Of a DNA stretch of 64,000 nucleotides, positions 28,584-38,644 are shown one piece after another. Every line of letters begins with the position of its first letter. Positions within the stretch are counted from its first letter, which is position 1. The stretch covers positions 1 through 64,000 of the forward strand of contig CAXXXF010000017.1 of assembly GCA_963667175.2 (NCBI GenBank), given 5' to 3'. This DNA is from Candidatus Latescibacterota bacterium. Its GTDB lineage: Bacteria > Latescibacterota > UBA2968 > GCA-2709665. Below the pieces are notes generated by a model. The model did no database searches. It was not told where the DNA came from and worked only from the letters and a program-made list of their open reading frames with translations. Both the position numbers and the translations under genes were made by a program.

Positions 28584-29603
28584 ATGGAGAAAATCCGAGT
28601 CGGTATGATCCGTTGCGACATGCATGGGATGTATTACGGCGCGCTGATGGCCGAACACGCCCCCCTGCGCCTTCAGAAACCGATGGAGGACAGCGCCGGG
28701 GCGCCCTACACGTGGATGACCGGCGGGGCCCACTTCTATTTTTACACGTTCTACAGCGACCCTACCCGCATGACCGTTCCCTGCCTGCACGAATTCGAAA
28801 TCGCTCGCGTCTGGGACGAACACCCCGGCGTGGGGGACGTCTTCGCGGAAGTCTTCACGTCGCGGCCGCGGGTATGCGACCATGTTCACGAAGTCTCGGA
28901 CGACGTGGACCTTGTTCTGGTGGCGGACTGCAACTACGACGGCGCCGACCATCTCGAACTGGCCCGGCCGGGCCTCGAAAAAGGCGTACCCACCTTTATC
29001 GACAAACCGCTCGCGAACAACCTGGAAAACGCAAACGCCATTGTCGACCTGGCGCGCACGTACAATGCCCCGATGCTTTCACGTTCAATCCTCAACACCC
29101 TCCCGCAGGCCAGGCAATTCGCCGCCCGCCTGCCGGAAGTGGGCAACCTGGAGTTCGTTTCCATCCGTGGGGGAGGCCCCTCGCTGGCCGGTCAGATCCA
29201 CGCCATCTGCCTGGCTCAGAACCTGTTCGGACCAGGCGTGCGCGCCGTGGAATCCATGGGAGAAAACACGGGCGGGTTCATGCGCCTCATCTACCCTGAC
29301 GAACCCCGCTTTCCCCGTTGCGGGGCGCTGCTTTGCTGCGACACGGGAGAGACGTATCACTGCGCTTTCTACGCCAGCGCATTCGGCAATTTGGGCGACG
29401 TCCATTCGGCGCCTCTCGGCGACTACGTCTTTCCCTACGGCGCGTACGAGAACATCAAACTGATCCGGAAAATGGTTGAAACCCGCCAATCCCCGGTTCC
29501 CTACCCGGAAATCCTGGAAAGCGTGGCGGTTTCCGCGGCGGCCGGCAGAGCGCACAACACCGGGAAACAGGTCTCACTGCAGGAAATCGGATATGCCGCC
29601 TGA
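28584..29603 (+). CDS. Gfo/Idh/MocA family oxidoreductase
   Basis: KIRVGMI, HLELARPGLEKGVPTFIDKPLA. Confidence 0.8.
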   Translation: MEKIRVGMIRCDMHGMYYGALMAEHAPLRLQKPMEDSAGAPYTWMTGGAHFYFYTFYSDPTRMTVPCLHEFEIARVWDEHPGVGDVFAEVFTSRPRVCDHVHEVSDDVDLVLVADCNYDGADHLELARPGLEKGVPTFIDKPLANNLENANAIVDLARTYNAPMLSRSILNTLPQARQFAARLPEVGNLEFVSIRGGGPSLAGQIHAICLAQNLFGPGVRAVESMGENTGGFMRLIYPDEPRFPRCGALLCCDTGETYHCAFYASAFGNLGDVHSAPLGDYVFPYGAYENIKLIRKMVETRQSPVPYPEILESVAVSAAAGRAHNTGKQVSLQEIGYAA

Positions 29604-29612
29604 TGAAAAACA

Positions 29613-29642
29613 AGCGGGGCGCAACCGAAGTTGCGCCCCGCT
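29613..29642. terminator. Intrinsic terminator hairpin
   Basis: AGCGGGGCGCAAC-cgaa-GTTGCGCCCCGCT, with a U-tract on the minus strand, between convergent genes. Confidence 0.7.
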
Positions 29643-29753
29643 GATGCGACTGGTTTCAATTCGTCCGGAAGAGGCGCCGATGAAACCCGAATGCCGCTGC
29701 TATCGGCGTGCTGCCTTCCGTCTCCTCGGGGCCGGGCCCCGACTCTCTCTCGG

Positions 29754-30527
29754 TCAGACGTCCACGATGAATCGCGTCAGTTTCTTCGCCCGTTCCGACA
29801 GGGTATCGTACACGTTCCTGGGCAGGGGCGTCTCCTTCCTGAGCCACAGAAACCACGGCGCCGAATAGCCCACGCTCGTCATCGCGCGCACCTCGTCCGA
29901 CCTGTTGGCCGTGCCCCCGTGCCAGCACCGGATATCGCGAATCACCGCCCCTCCGGCAGGCCCGCATACGATCGACCGTTTCATCCAATCCGGCTCCTCC
30001 TCAAGCCCTGGCGCCGGGTCCCGGTTGCGGTGGGTGGCGGGGACGTACCGCGTCGCGCCGTTGATCTCCTTGAAATCCACCATCGGGAAATTCACCACGA
30101 TAACCGGCGTGGGCAGGTCCATCACGTTCACCCGTCCCTGGGGGTCGTGAAGCATGTCGGTGATATCCGCGTGCAGCTTCTGAATGCTTGCGCCGGGCAG
30201 CGAGTAATCTCCTCCTCCTCCCCAGCAGTGAAAGTCACTGCTTCCCCATATTGCTTCAAGAACCGGCAAAACTGTTTGTAAATCAATCAGTTGGGCCCAT
30301 TCCGGGTGGTGGAGTTGAGGTCCGAAAGAGTAACGCGCGTACCCGCGGTTCGCGTCCTCGAGCGGAATGGCCGCGGTCTGTTCCGCGATCACGCGTTCGG
30401 CCCCCGACCTTGCATAAGCCAGCTGATCGGACGACAGTGCGTTTCGCATCACGACAAATCCGTCCCGGTGGAAGATCCGGGCCGCCTTCCGTACTTCCAC
30501 GGGTTCCACAAACTCGACGTCCAGCAT
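29754..30527 (-). CDS. PhyH family Fe/2OG dioxygenase
   Basis: RDGFVV, LHAD, NGATRYVPATH, WHGGTANRS..R. Confidence 0.85.
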   Translation of the reverse strand: MLDVEFVEPVEVRKAARIFHRDGFVVMRNALSSDQLAYARSGAERVIAEQTAAIPLEDANRGYARYSFGPQLHHPEWAQLIDLQTVLPVLEAIWGSSDFHCWGGGGDYSLPGASIQKLHADITDMLHDPQGRVNVMDLPTPVIVVNFPMVDFKEINGATRYVPATHRNRDPAPGLEEEPDWMKRSIVCGPAGGAVIRDIRCWHGGTANRSDEVRAMTSVGYSAPWFLWLRKETPLPRNVYDTLSERAKKLTRFIVDV

Positions 30528-30640
30528 CTGTTCGTACCTTCCGATTCGTCCATGGGCAGGCCCGTCGCGGGTCCGCGGGGCATCCGTCCGCCAAACCATC
30601 CTTGCGCCCCGGTCTGCCCGGCCGGACCACACATGGGGAT

Positions 30641-30779
30641 AAAAAAAGCGCCTAACCTACCAGGCGCCGAAAATTATTGACGAAGTTCCACAGGTACCTG
30701 TGGAATAACTTCCGGTTGGGTCACCCTTCCGTAGATTCAAGGCACTTTTAGAGGTTGAATCCTGAAGATCCAGCCTCCA
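30641..30779 (-). ncRNA. Candidate structured small RNA or leader
   Basis: Own promoter (TTGCAT-17-TATATT, 30814-30786), two hairpins and a terminator GCGCCT..AGGCGC-U7. Confidence 0.5.
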
Positions 30780-30975
30780 CGAGCAAATATAAACGTTCCT
30801 TTCTGAAAATGCAAGCGGAACTTTTGGCAGTCCGTTGCCGACGGCGACTTGACTTCCTTCCGACGCCTGCATACATTCCAGCCATGAACGGAACACCTCC
30901 GCCTCCGCCGAGCCGTGGCGAGGCGGCCAACCCGACGCAGGCATCCTGCTTTGCGCAGCAGAGAAAGGGACGCCC

Positions 30976-31746
30976 ATGGCAGAGCCGTCTCTCCAGGATC
31001 TCCTGGCCTTCAGCACCCATGCGGCCTGGCAGGCCGGACGCATTACCCTGCGATACTTTCAGACGGGCGTTCGGGTCGACAAAAAGCCCGACGACAGCCC
31101 CGTTACCGATGCCGACCGCGCCGCGGAACGAAGGATCGCCGGGCTGATAGAGGACCGTTTTCCGGACGACGCCATCGTCGGTGAGGAATTCGGAGATCAC
31201 GCCGGCCGCACCGGCCGCCGCTGGATCATCGACCCGATTGACGGTACGAAGTCCTTCGTTCACGGCGTTCCGCTCTACGGCGTGATGATCTGCGTGGAAA
31301 TCGATGGCGTCCCTTCCGTCGGCGTGGTCCACCTTCCCGCCATGAACGAGATGGTCTGCGCGGCCAGGGGCTCGGGCTGCACCTGGAACGGCCGTCCGGC
31401 GAGCGTCTCCACGGTCTCACGCGTGGAAGACGCTCTCCTGTGCGCCACCGACTTTGAGTCGTTCGTCAGATTCGGCAGGGATGGCGCGTACCGAAACCTC
31501 GCGGGAAAGGTCGCCTATTGCAGGGGTTGGGGGGACTGCTACGGGCACATCCTCGTCGCCACCGGCCGCGCCGAGATCATGCTGGACCCCGTTATGGCCG
31601 TGTGGGACTGCGCCGCGCTTCAGCCCATTCTGGAAGAAGCGGGCGGCACATTTACCGACTGGAGCGGAAATGCAACCATCGCGGGCGGCGAAGCCATTTC
31701 CACCAACGGGGCTCTGTTCGACGAAGTCATGCGAAACGTCACGTAG
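30976..31746 (+). CDS. hisN: Histidinol-phosphatase, inositol monophosphatase family
   Basis: SPVTDAD, GEEFG, WIIDPIDGTKSF, RGWGDCYGH, WDCAA. Confidence 0.8.
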   Translation: MAEPSLQDLLAFSTHAAWQAGRITLRYFQTGVRVDKKPDDSPVTDADRAAERRIAGLIEDRFPDDAIVGEEFGDHAGRTGRRWIIDPIDGTKSFVHGVPLYGVMICVEIDGVPSVGVVHLPAMNEMVCAARGSGCTWNGRPASVSTVSRVEDALLCATDFESFVRFGRDGAYRNLAGKVAYCRGWGDCYGHILVATGRAEIMLDPVMAVWDCAALQPILEEAGGTFTDWSGNATIAGGEAISTNGALFDEVMRNVT

Positions 31747-31929
31747 CAGCCCGTTGAAAAACTCCATCCGGGCTGCGTCCGGCCCTTGTGGCCGAGTTAC
31801 TGCGTTGCCTGCCTGCGGCAGGCAGGCGCTCCCTCCCCGAATCCAGGGATTCGCGTCGGTCACGCGCCTTGTCTTCGGCCACAATGACTCGGCCTCGCCT
31901 GCAGAGCGACTTTTTCAACGGACTGGTAG
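31744..31929. mobile_element. MITE/REP-like element, copy 2 (best TIRs; nested 19-bp palindrome)
   Basis: TAG-CAGCCCGTTGAAAAA...TTTTTCAACGGACTG-GTAG; insert CCTGCCTGCGGCAGGCAGG at 31808-31826. Confidence 0.85.
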
Positions 31930-31999
31930 GGATCCCGGGCCGCCTGCCTGAGTCGCCCTCCGGCATCCATCTTTCCCGGGCAGGCCGTTCCCGGCCCAC

Positions 32000-33502
32000 T
32001 CAATAATAATATCCCAGCATAATGCACATCTCGTCGTTCTCGGCCGTGAATCCGAAGCGGATCGTAAAATCCTTGTCGTCGTTTACGTGGGTGCACTCGA
32101 ACCTCACCCGCTCTCCCGCCTTGACCTCGAGAGCAGGATTGAAGACGAGCGTTAGCGGCTCGTCCCATTCCTCGCTCCGGTAGATGCGTTCGTCTCCCAG
32201 GAAAATATCGAACCGGCGGCCGTGGCGGTGCATGTGCGAGGACAGCATGATCACGTTGACGTCGCGCTCCAGCGTCCAGTTCCGCGCGGTGGTCTCCGTT
32301 CGACCCGGCTGTACCGAGATGCCGAAATTGCTGACGAAGATGGGGTTTGCGGCCTCCCTGACGCTGTCGGCGGGCATCGTGTGCAGATTGACGTAAACCT
32401 CGCCGATGAGCGTGTTCTCCCCCGAGGTGTTTACGAAATGAGAGTTCAGTTCGTAGACCGCGTCGGCAGGCATGGGAATCGCAATCCCGTCCGGGAGGTC
32501 GAACGCCTCCCTGGGCGACTGGCTGCCGATGACGAACCGTTTCCCGAAGATTCCCAGGGCCTCGACCGGATCCAGGTCGCGGATGCCCGGCGGCGGCGGG
32601 TTTTCGTTCGTCGCCTGATAGAGAATGAAGTGATGGCTGCCTTCCGGCTGCGCCACCTCGATTTTGGTCACCATCAGGTCATCCGCAACCCCCAAGCGGA
32701 TCGTTGAGAAAATCTCGCGTTCGGAACGCGGCGCGATCGCGAATGGTTCCAGGTGAAGCTGTATCCCCCGGGCGGGCGGTGCGGGCGGCTGAAAATAGAA
32801 CTCCGTTCCGTGCAGAACCCGATCCAGATCGGGCGCGTCCGCCACCACGCTGTCCCGGGGGGCGCCCGACGCGATCCAGGCCCGGATCGCGTCGATCGCG
32901 ACACCGCTCAGGCTGGCATACGATCTGGGCATCCGATCGCCGTACCCCATCCCGGACCCCGTCAGCTTTGTCATCAGGAAACTCTTTCCGGGAACCCCCG
33001 CCTTGACCAGCAGCATCCCCTCTTCCCGCGCCTTCGCATTCTGCGGCGCCCGCCCCACCAGTTGCTCGTAGGCCACGTCGGGTTCGAGCGAAAGCCCGGC
33101 GGCCGCCCAGGCGGAACTGTGGCACGAACTGCTGATGCAGCTTTCGTTGAAGATATGGTCCTGTATCGCCTCGAACGTGGAACGGACGCCCCAGACGTTC
33201 GTTTCTCCCTCCTCGTGGGTGACCTTGCCGAAGTCCGCCGCGAACAACACGAAGTCGTTGAAATCCACGTTCCCGTCGTCGTTCAGATCGAAGCGGACAT
33301 TGGTGGACCCGTACGATTCCGCGAACAGCAGGAAATCCGAAAAGCCGACTTCGCCGTCCCCGTCGAAATCCGCCCCGAGGCTGTGGGCATACGCCGCAAC
33401 CGGTACAAGAAGCAGGACGAATGCGCCCGTGAACACACGGCGGCACGTCTCCGCCTTCGAATGAATGAACCGCATTTGGTGAATCCGATGAAACATGGTC
33501 AT
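32000..33502 (-). CDS. Exported protein: dockerin/EF-hand-like repeat, cytochrome c-like domain and copper type II (PHM/DBH-like) monooxygenase
   Basis: Signal peptide; DFDGDGEVGFSDF and DLNDDGNVDFNDF; CISSSCH..RMP..WIASGA; HHF, SHF, HMH and EMC copper ligands. Confidence 0.75.
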   Translation of the reverse strand: MTMFHRIHQMRFIHSKAETCRRVFTGAFVLLLVPVAAYAHSLGADFDGDGEVGFSDFLLFAESYGSTNVRFDLNDDGNVDFNDFVLFAADFGKVTHEEGETNVWGVRSTFEAIQDHIFNESCISSSCHSSAWAAAGLSLEPDVAYEQLVGRAPQNAKAREEGMLLVKAGVPGKSFLMTKLTGSGMGYGDRMPRSYASLSGVAIDAIRAWIASGAPRDSVVADAPDLDRVLHGTEFYFQPPAPPARGIQLHLEPFAIAPRSEREIFSTIRLGVADDLMVTKIEVAQPEGSHHFILYQATNENPPPPGIRDLDPVEALGIFGKRFVIGSQSPREAFDLPDGIAIPMPADAVYELNSHFVNTSGENTLIGEVYVNLHTMPADSVREAANPIFVSNFGISVQPGRTETTARNWTLERDVNVIMLSSHMHRHGRRFDIFLGDERIYRSEEWDEPLTLVFNPALEVKAGERVRFECTHVNDDKDFTIRFGFTAENDEMCIMLGYYY

Positions 33503-34272
33503 TGCCCGCACTGATTGCGCTGAACCGGCCGACGCCCCGCGTCCCCGTACTCGCGCCTGGCTTGCTCCAGAGCCTCCGGAGTTCCGATATCGACCACGGC
33601 GCCGCGAATTCTGTGCGCGTAGACGGGTTCCACATGGCAGAGCCACTCCACAAAGTGGCCCGGCGCGTCCGGCGTCCGGCCGCTCTCGATATATTCGTCG
33701 AACCGCGTCAGCGTCGACGCGGGATATACATAAATGGCCGCCGAGCCCCAGGACGACTCCGGTCGACAGGGTTTTTCGGCAAACTTCACGACCCGGTTGT
33801 CTGCATCCAGCACCGCGATGCCGCGGCGCCTGCGGTCCTCCGGATCGTCCACGCGACCCACGCAGACGTGGGCCGCCGGATTCGCGCGGAAGTCGGCCAC
33901 CAGGTCCTTCAGGCGAAATTGAAGCAGATTGTCCGATCCGCACACCAGAATATCATCCGTTACCGCCCGCGCGCGTATGGCGAACCGGATGTCCCCCACC
34001 GCCCCCAGCCGGTTCTCGTTGGAGGTGGTGCCGTCGTCGATCACGTCGATGTTCAGGCGGCCGTTCCACCCTGCCGCCCACCGCTCGAAGTGGCCGGCGA
34101 ACCGGCGGTTGGTGATCAGATAGACCCCGTCGAGCCCGGGCAAGGACTCGATCTGATCCATCAGATGGTCCACGATCGCGCGCCCGCCCACCTCGAGGAG
34201 CCCTTTCGGGAAATTCAGGGTCAACGGGTACAGGCGGGTGGCGTAACCCGCCGCTATGAGAATCGCTTTCAT
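33499..34272 (-). CDS. Nucleotidyltransferase (NTP_transferase, sugar-1-phosphate type)
   Basis: MKAILIAAGYATRLYPLT..PK, FAEKP, DIGT. Confidence 0.9.
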   Translation of the reverse strand: MKAILIAAGYATRLYPLTLNFPKGLLEVGGRAIVDHLMDQIESLPGLDGVYLITNRRFAGHFERWAAGWNGRLNIDVIDDGTTSNENRLGAVGDIRFAIRARAVTDDILVCGSDNLLQFRLKDLVADFRANPAAHVCVGRVDDPEDRRRRGIAVLDADNRVVKFAEKPCRPESSWGSAAIYVYPASTLTRFDEYIESGRTPDAPGHFVEWLCHVEPVYAHRIRGAVVDIGTPEALEQARREYGDAGRRPVQRNQCGQ

Positions 34273-34415
34273 CTTCCTCCCGTGCCGAAATCTGCTGACA
34301 TTTGCACGCAAGTTAATTATATATGGGACGAATTGCGGGAGCAAGGGATTTATCAAAAATAGCGCCCGCCGGATCTTGTACGGCATTGACGTTGTGCTTC
34401 ATCCCGGAGAAAGCG

Positions 34416-35249
34416 ATGACGGCTTCCGAAATGAAGAACCGTATGCAACCGCTCTGCCCGGCCCTGGACGTCCACGTGCATCCCCTGGACTGCTTCGGAC
34501 TCTACAGGATTGCCGACGTCAGGGAAGACGCGCGCCTGATCATTGAATCCGCCAGGCGCTCGGGAGTGGAAAAGATGTGCCTTTTTTCCCTGCACACCAC
34601 CTGCCCGAGAGAGCCGTCGGTTGAAGCGTTCATGCAGGCGAACGACTATGCTCTGGCGATGCGGGACGTTGCGCCGGAGATCTTTATCCCCTTCTGCTAC
34701 GTCAATCCGATGTACCCGGTCGAATCCGTTGCGGAAATCGACCGCTGCGTCGCAAGCGAGCGTATGTGCGGAATCAAGTTGTGGGTTGCCCGCCGCGCTA
34801 CGGATCCGGGACTGGACCCCATCCTGGAACGGGCCGTACAATTCGGCGTTCCCGTGCTGCAACACGCATGGATCAAGACCAACGGCAATCTTGCGGGTGA
34901 ATCCATTCCGGCCGACGTGGCGCACCTGGCGCGTCGCCACCCGGCGGCCGACATCATCATGGCTCACATGAACGGCTGCGGGCTGGCCGGCATGGAAGAC
35001 GTCGCAGACTGTCCGAACATTCACGTGGACACGTCCGGAGGAGACCCGGACAGCGGAATCGTCGAAGCCGCCGCGGCGACCATCGGGACCGAACGCATCG
35101 TCTACGGATCGGACGCCCCGATCCGCCATTTTGGCGTGCAGCTGGGCAAGACGCTCGGAACCGATCTTCCGGACGCCGTCAAGAAAGAAATCCTGTGGAA
35201 CAACACCGCCCGTCTTCTGCCGGCGTGGGCCGGCGTCGAACCCATCTGA
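34416..35249 (+). CDS. Amidohydrolase_2 family protein
   Basis: DVHVH, GIKL, PVLQH, IMAH, YGSD. Confidence 0.85.
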   Translation: MTASEMKNRMQPLCPALDVHVHPLDCFGLYRIADVREDARLIIESARRSGVEKMCLFSLHTTCPREPSVEAFMQANDYALAMRDVAPEIFIPFCYVNPMYPVESVAEIDRCVASERMCGIKLWVARRATDPGLDPILERAVQFGVPVLQHAWIKTNGNLAGESIPADVAHLARRHPAADIIMAHMNGCGLAGMEDVADCPNIHVDTSGGDPDSGIVEAAAATIGTERIVYGSDAPIRHFGVQLGKTLGTDLPDAVKKEILWNNTARLLPAWAGVEPI

Positions 35250-35291
35250 ACGGTTGTCGCGGGACCGGAGCAGCGCGGGTCCGGCAGGCCC

Positions 35292-35323
35292 TATCAGCCC
35301 GTTGAACAAGTCCATCCGGGCTG
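35292..35323. repeat. Truncated left end of the same MITE family
   Basis: TATCAGCCCGTTGAACAAGTCCATCCGGGCTG matches the first ~30 nt of the full copies. Confidence 0.6.
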
Positions 35324-35358
35324 CTATCGGAACTGGAATCCACGCAGCGGAGAACGCC

Positions 35359-36111
35359 ATGATCATCGACGTCAACGCCTACACCGGACACTGGCCAACC
35401 CATCCCGTCGAGGGCGCGCTGGGCCGGGTGCGCGCATCGCTGAAAGAATACGGGGTGGACCGCATCTGCGTCTCGCCGCTCGACGCCGCCTGGTGCCGCA
35501 ACCCCCATCGGTTCAACGACGACCTCTACGCCGCCGCGGGAGAAACCGACGACGTCTGGCCCGTACCCGTCCTGGATCCGACGATCGCCACGTGGCGGGG
35601 CGAACTCGAGCGGGCGAAAGCGCAGCCGCGGGTCCGGCTGGTCAAACTCCTGCCCGCCTTTTCCGGCTTCGATCTGAACTTCGCGTCCGACCTGTTCGCC
35701 GCCCTGGCCGGCGCCGGGCTCGGGGTCATCGTCCAGACCCGGCTCGAGGATCCCCGCCGTCAGCATCCGCTCGCGCAGATTCCCGACGTCCCCGCCGCCG
35801 AAATCGCGGACGCCGCGGAACGCCACGCCGATCTTCTCGTGATCATCGGCGGTCCGCGAACGGGCGAGATCCGGGCGCTCGCGGACAGGTTCCTGGACCT
35901 GCCCAACCTGTACGCGGACGTTTCCCAGTCGGACGGCATGGACGCCGTAAAGGCGCTGGTCGAAGACGGCCTGCGGGACCGATTGCTGTTCGGCTCTCAC
36001 GCGCCGCTCTTCATCCCATACTCGGCCCTCTCGCGCGTGGTCACGGACCTTTCCGACGACGACGCATCGGCCATCCTCGGCGGGAACGCCGGGCGAATCA
36101 TCGATTGGTAA
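35359..36111 (+). CDS. Amidohydrolase_2-like protein lacking the HxH metal motif
   Basis: MIIDVNAYTG, RLLFGSH, ILGGNA. Confidence 0.78.
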   Translation: MIIDVNAYTGHWPTHPVEGALGRVRASLKEYGVDRICVSPLDAAWCRNPHRFNDDLYAAAGETDDVWPVPVLDPTIATWRGELERAKAQPRVRLVKLLPAFSGFDLNFASDLFAALAGAGLGVIVQTRLEDPRRQHPLAQIPDVPAAEIADAAERHADLLVIIGGPRTGEIRALADRFLDLPNLYADVSQSDGMDAVKALVEDGLRDRLLFGSHAPLFIPYSALSRVVTDLSDDDASAILGGNAGRIIDW

Positions 36112-36178
36112 CAGGAGTTCCGGGTGGACCTCACGACGTTGAGAGACAGGCTGAAACCGCCCGGACGAAAGGCTTGAC

Positions 36179-36901
36179 GTGAAAAAAAAGAAAATCCTCA
36201 TCACCGGCGCCGCGGGCAGAATCGGACGCGTTCTGCGAGAGGGATTGAAGGACGACTACCGCCTCAGGCTGCTGTGCCACAACACGGTCATGCCGGCCCG
36301 ACCCGGCGAAGAGGCGCATATTTCAGGCATTACGGATCTGGACAACGTGGTCCAGGCGGTGGACGGCGTGGACGGCGTGGTCCACATGGCAGGGAATCCG
36401 AACGGAAACGCCTCCTTCGAAGACATCCTCGAGGCCAATATCCGCGGCGTCTACACCGTGTACGAGGCGGCCCGCCGGACCGGCGCCGGCCGCGTCGTGT
36501 TCGCCAGCAGCAACCACGTTACCGGATTTTACGAAAAGAACGGGATCGGCGCCACGACCGAGGTGAACGCGCGGCCCGACAGTTTCTACGGCGCGAGCAA
36601 GGCCTACGGCGAAGACCTGGGCCGGTACTACGCGGACGCCTTCGGACTCTCGGTGATCTGCCTGCGCATCGGATCCTTTCAACCCGCTGATGCGGTCATC
36701 AACCGAACGAGCGACCGGATCCTCGCGTCCTGGATCAGCCACCGCGACACCGTCCAACTCGTGCGGCGCAGCATCGAAACCGACGTTCACTTCGGCATCT
36801 ATTACGGCATATCGAACAATACCCGCGCGTACTGGGACCTCCGAAACGCCCGCGAGGAACTCGGCTACGCCCCGGAAGACGACGCCGAGACCCACGCCTG
36901 A
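36179..36901 (+). CDS. NAD-dependent epimerase/dehydratase (uronate dehydrogenase-like)
   Basis: ITGAAGRIG, FASSNH, PDSFYGASK, LRIGSF. Confidence 0.88.
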   Translation: MKKKKILITGAAGRIGRVLREGLKDDYRLRLLCHNTVMPARPGEEAHISGITDLDNVVQAVDGVDGVVHMAGNPNGNASFEDILEANIRGVYTVYEAARRTGAGRVVFASSNHVTGFYEKNGIGATTEVNARPDSFYGASKAYGEDLGRYYADAFGLSVICLRIGSFQPADAVINRTSDRILASWISHRDTVQLVRRSIETDVHFGIYYGISNNTRAYWDLRNAREELGYAPEDDAETHA

Positions 36902-36948
36902 GGTCCGGACCGGAAACAGCCGTACGCGCCGCCGGTTCGTTTCCGGAT

Positions 36949-37628
36949 TCAGAGATACCCCATCAGATCGGTCAGTCCGCCCAGAACGAAATCGGCGCCG
37001 CCGTGGCGCTGACGGGCGGTGAAGAAATTCGGTACCGCGAATACGGTCATTCCAGCGGCCTTGCCTGCCCGGACTCCCGCCTCGCTGTCTTCGATGACCG
37101 CACACCGAACCGGTTCGACGTTCAATCTCCCGGCCGTCAACAGATAGATCTCCGGCGCCGGTTTCAGACGTTCCACGTCGCTGCCCGACAGCATCGCGTC
37201 GAACACGTCGGACAGCGTGTCGACGCCATCCATTCTGGACAGCAGGGCGCTGTTCAGTGTTTTCATCATTCGCTCACGCCGCGTGGACGACGCCACCCCG
37301 AGCCGGTAAGCGCGGGCCCGGACGTGCGCCAACAGCTCCTGGAATCCCGGCATCAACAACACCCGTTCCGGGCTTGAGACCGCTTCCTCGAATCGACCCA
37401 TCCAGATGTCGCGGAACACGGCGGGCGCCACGTCCAACCCGTATCGCTCCACGGCGTACGCGCTGTTGTCCTCAACGGGATGGCCCACGCAGACCGCATA
37501 GTCGCTCCGGCTCATCCCGGCGCCGAATCACCCAGCGTGGCATTGAACGTATCGCAGTATACCGCCTCGGAATCGACGATGACGCCGTCGACGTCGAATA
37601 TGATGGCATCAAACGTCCTGTCTGCCAC
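36949..37628 (-). CDS. HAD-family phosphatase (beta-PGM-like), with an apparent 1-nt deletion near 37527
   Basis: Motif I IIFDVDGVIVDSE lies in a different frame upstream of the track ORF that carries ASS, KPAP and IEDSEAG. Confidence 0.82.
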
Positions 37629-37900
37629 ACATTGACCCTCCGGTAACGCCGTGGACCGCAGCCTGCCGGGAGATTTCATCGACCCGCCCGCGGCAATCCG
37701 GACGCCCGGCGAACTCGCAGCAAAAAACGGGGCGTGCCACGATGGATGCCCCGAGCGATCGACAATATTGAAGGGGCGGCGGACGATGTCAAGAATTTTC
37801 CTTGTCTCATGTCCCTGTTTTCCATTACTTCACTTGCGTTCGCCGGAATCCCGTCACACCCGCCCGACCGGAGCCCGCCTTGTCCCCCGGAGACCCCGAC

Positions 37901-38533
37901 ATGCTGGAAGGCATTCCTTCCGCGCCGGCAGATCGGATGCCGCTCTGGCGCGAAGACGGCAGGACGCTGCAGATCAACGAGATCTTCTACTCCATAGAAG
38001 GCGAAGGCCTGCGCGTGGGCCAACCCACCACGTTCGTGCGCCTCGCCCGATGCAACCTGCGCTGCTTCTTCTGCGACACCGAATTCGATTCATACACCGA
38101 GCTGGATATCGACGAAATCCTGGCCGAAGTCGGGCGCCACACCGCCTCATGGGTCTGCCTGACGGGCGGAGAACCCCTTGGCCAGAACATCGGCCCGCTT
38201 TGCCGGCAACTCCGGTCCGCCAACTACCGCATCCACGTCGAAACCAACGGCGCGATGGATCCGGACCCGGAACTCTACGATCTGATCGAGCACTGGACCG
38301 TCTCCCCCAAGAAGAAGACCATTGCCGGCGGCCTCAGCTATATCACCGAACTGAAATACGTGGTCGGCAGATCCTTCCACGAAGATATCGTGGAGGAAGC
38401 CCGCGCAGAATTCGTCTACCTCCAGCCCGAGTCGAGCAAACCCGAGTACATACGCAAAGCCCTGGATATCCTGACCCGTCACCCCTCGTGGCGGCTCTCG
38501 TGCCGGATCCACAAGATGCTCCACCTGCCCTGA
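37901..38533 (+). CDS. queE: 7-carboxy-7-deazaguanine synthase (radical SAM)
   Basis: INEIFYSIEGEG, CNLRCFFCDT, TGGEP, ETNG, VSPK, HK; start position uncertain. Confidence 0.88.
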   Translation: MLEGIPSAPADRMPLWREDGRTLQINEIFYSIEGEGLRVGQPTTFVRLARCNLRCFFCDTEFDSYTELDIDEILAEVGRHTASWVCLTGGEPLGQNIGPLCRQLRSANYRIHVETNGAMDPDPELYDLIEHWTVSPKKKTIAGGLSYITELKYVVGRSFHEDIVEEARAEFVYLQPESSKPEYIRKALDILTRHPSWRLSCRIHKMLHLP

Positions 38534-38644
38534 TGTTCCGTCCTGGATGAAAACCGGAACTGGAATCCGAAACGACGCGCACCAAGGTCGTGTTCACGGA
38601 CCCGATACCCCCTTTTTCGATGCGATGATTTCGGGAGTTTTCGC

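Noticed and set aside
30745-30779. Resemblance of GGAGGCTGGATCTTCAGGATTCAAC to a tmRNA 5' end
   Set aside because: There is no matching T-arm/CCA 3' end or tag reading frame, and the unit is only about 140 nt.
37901-38533. queE as part of a 7-deazaguanine DNA-modification (dpd) system
   Set aside because: It is a lone queE beside housekeeping genes with no dpdA/tgt-like neighbours. Ordinary queuosine synthesis is the simpler reading.
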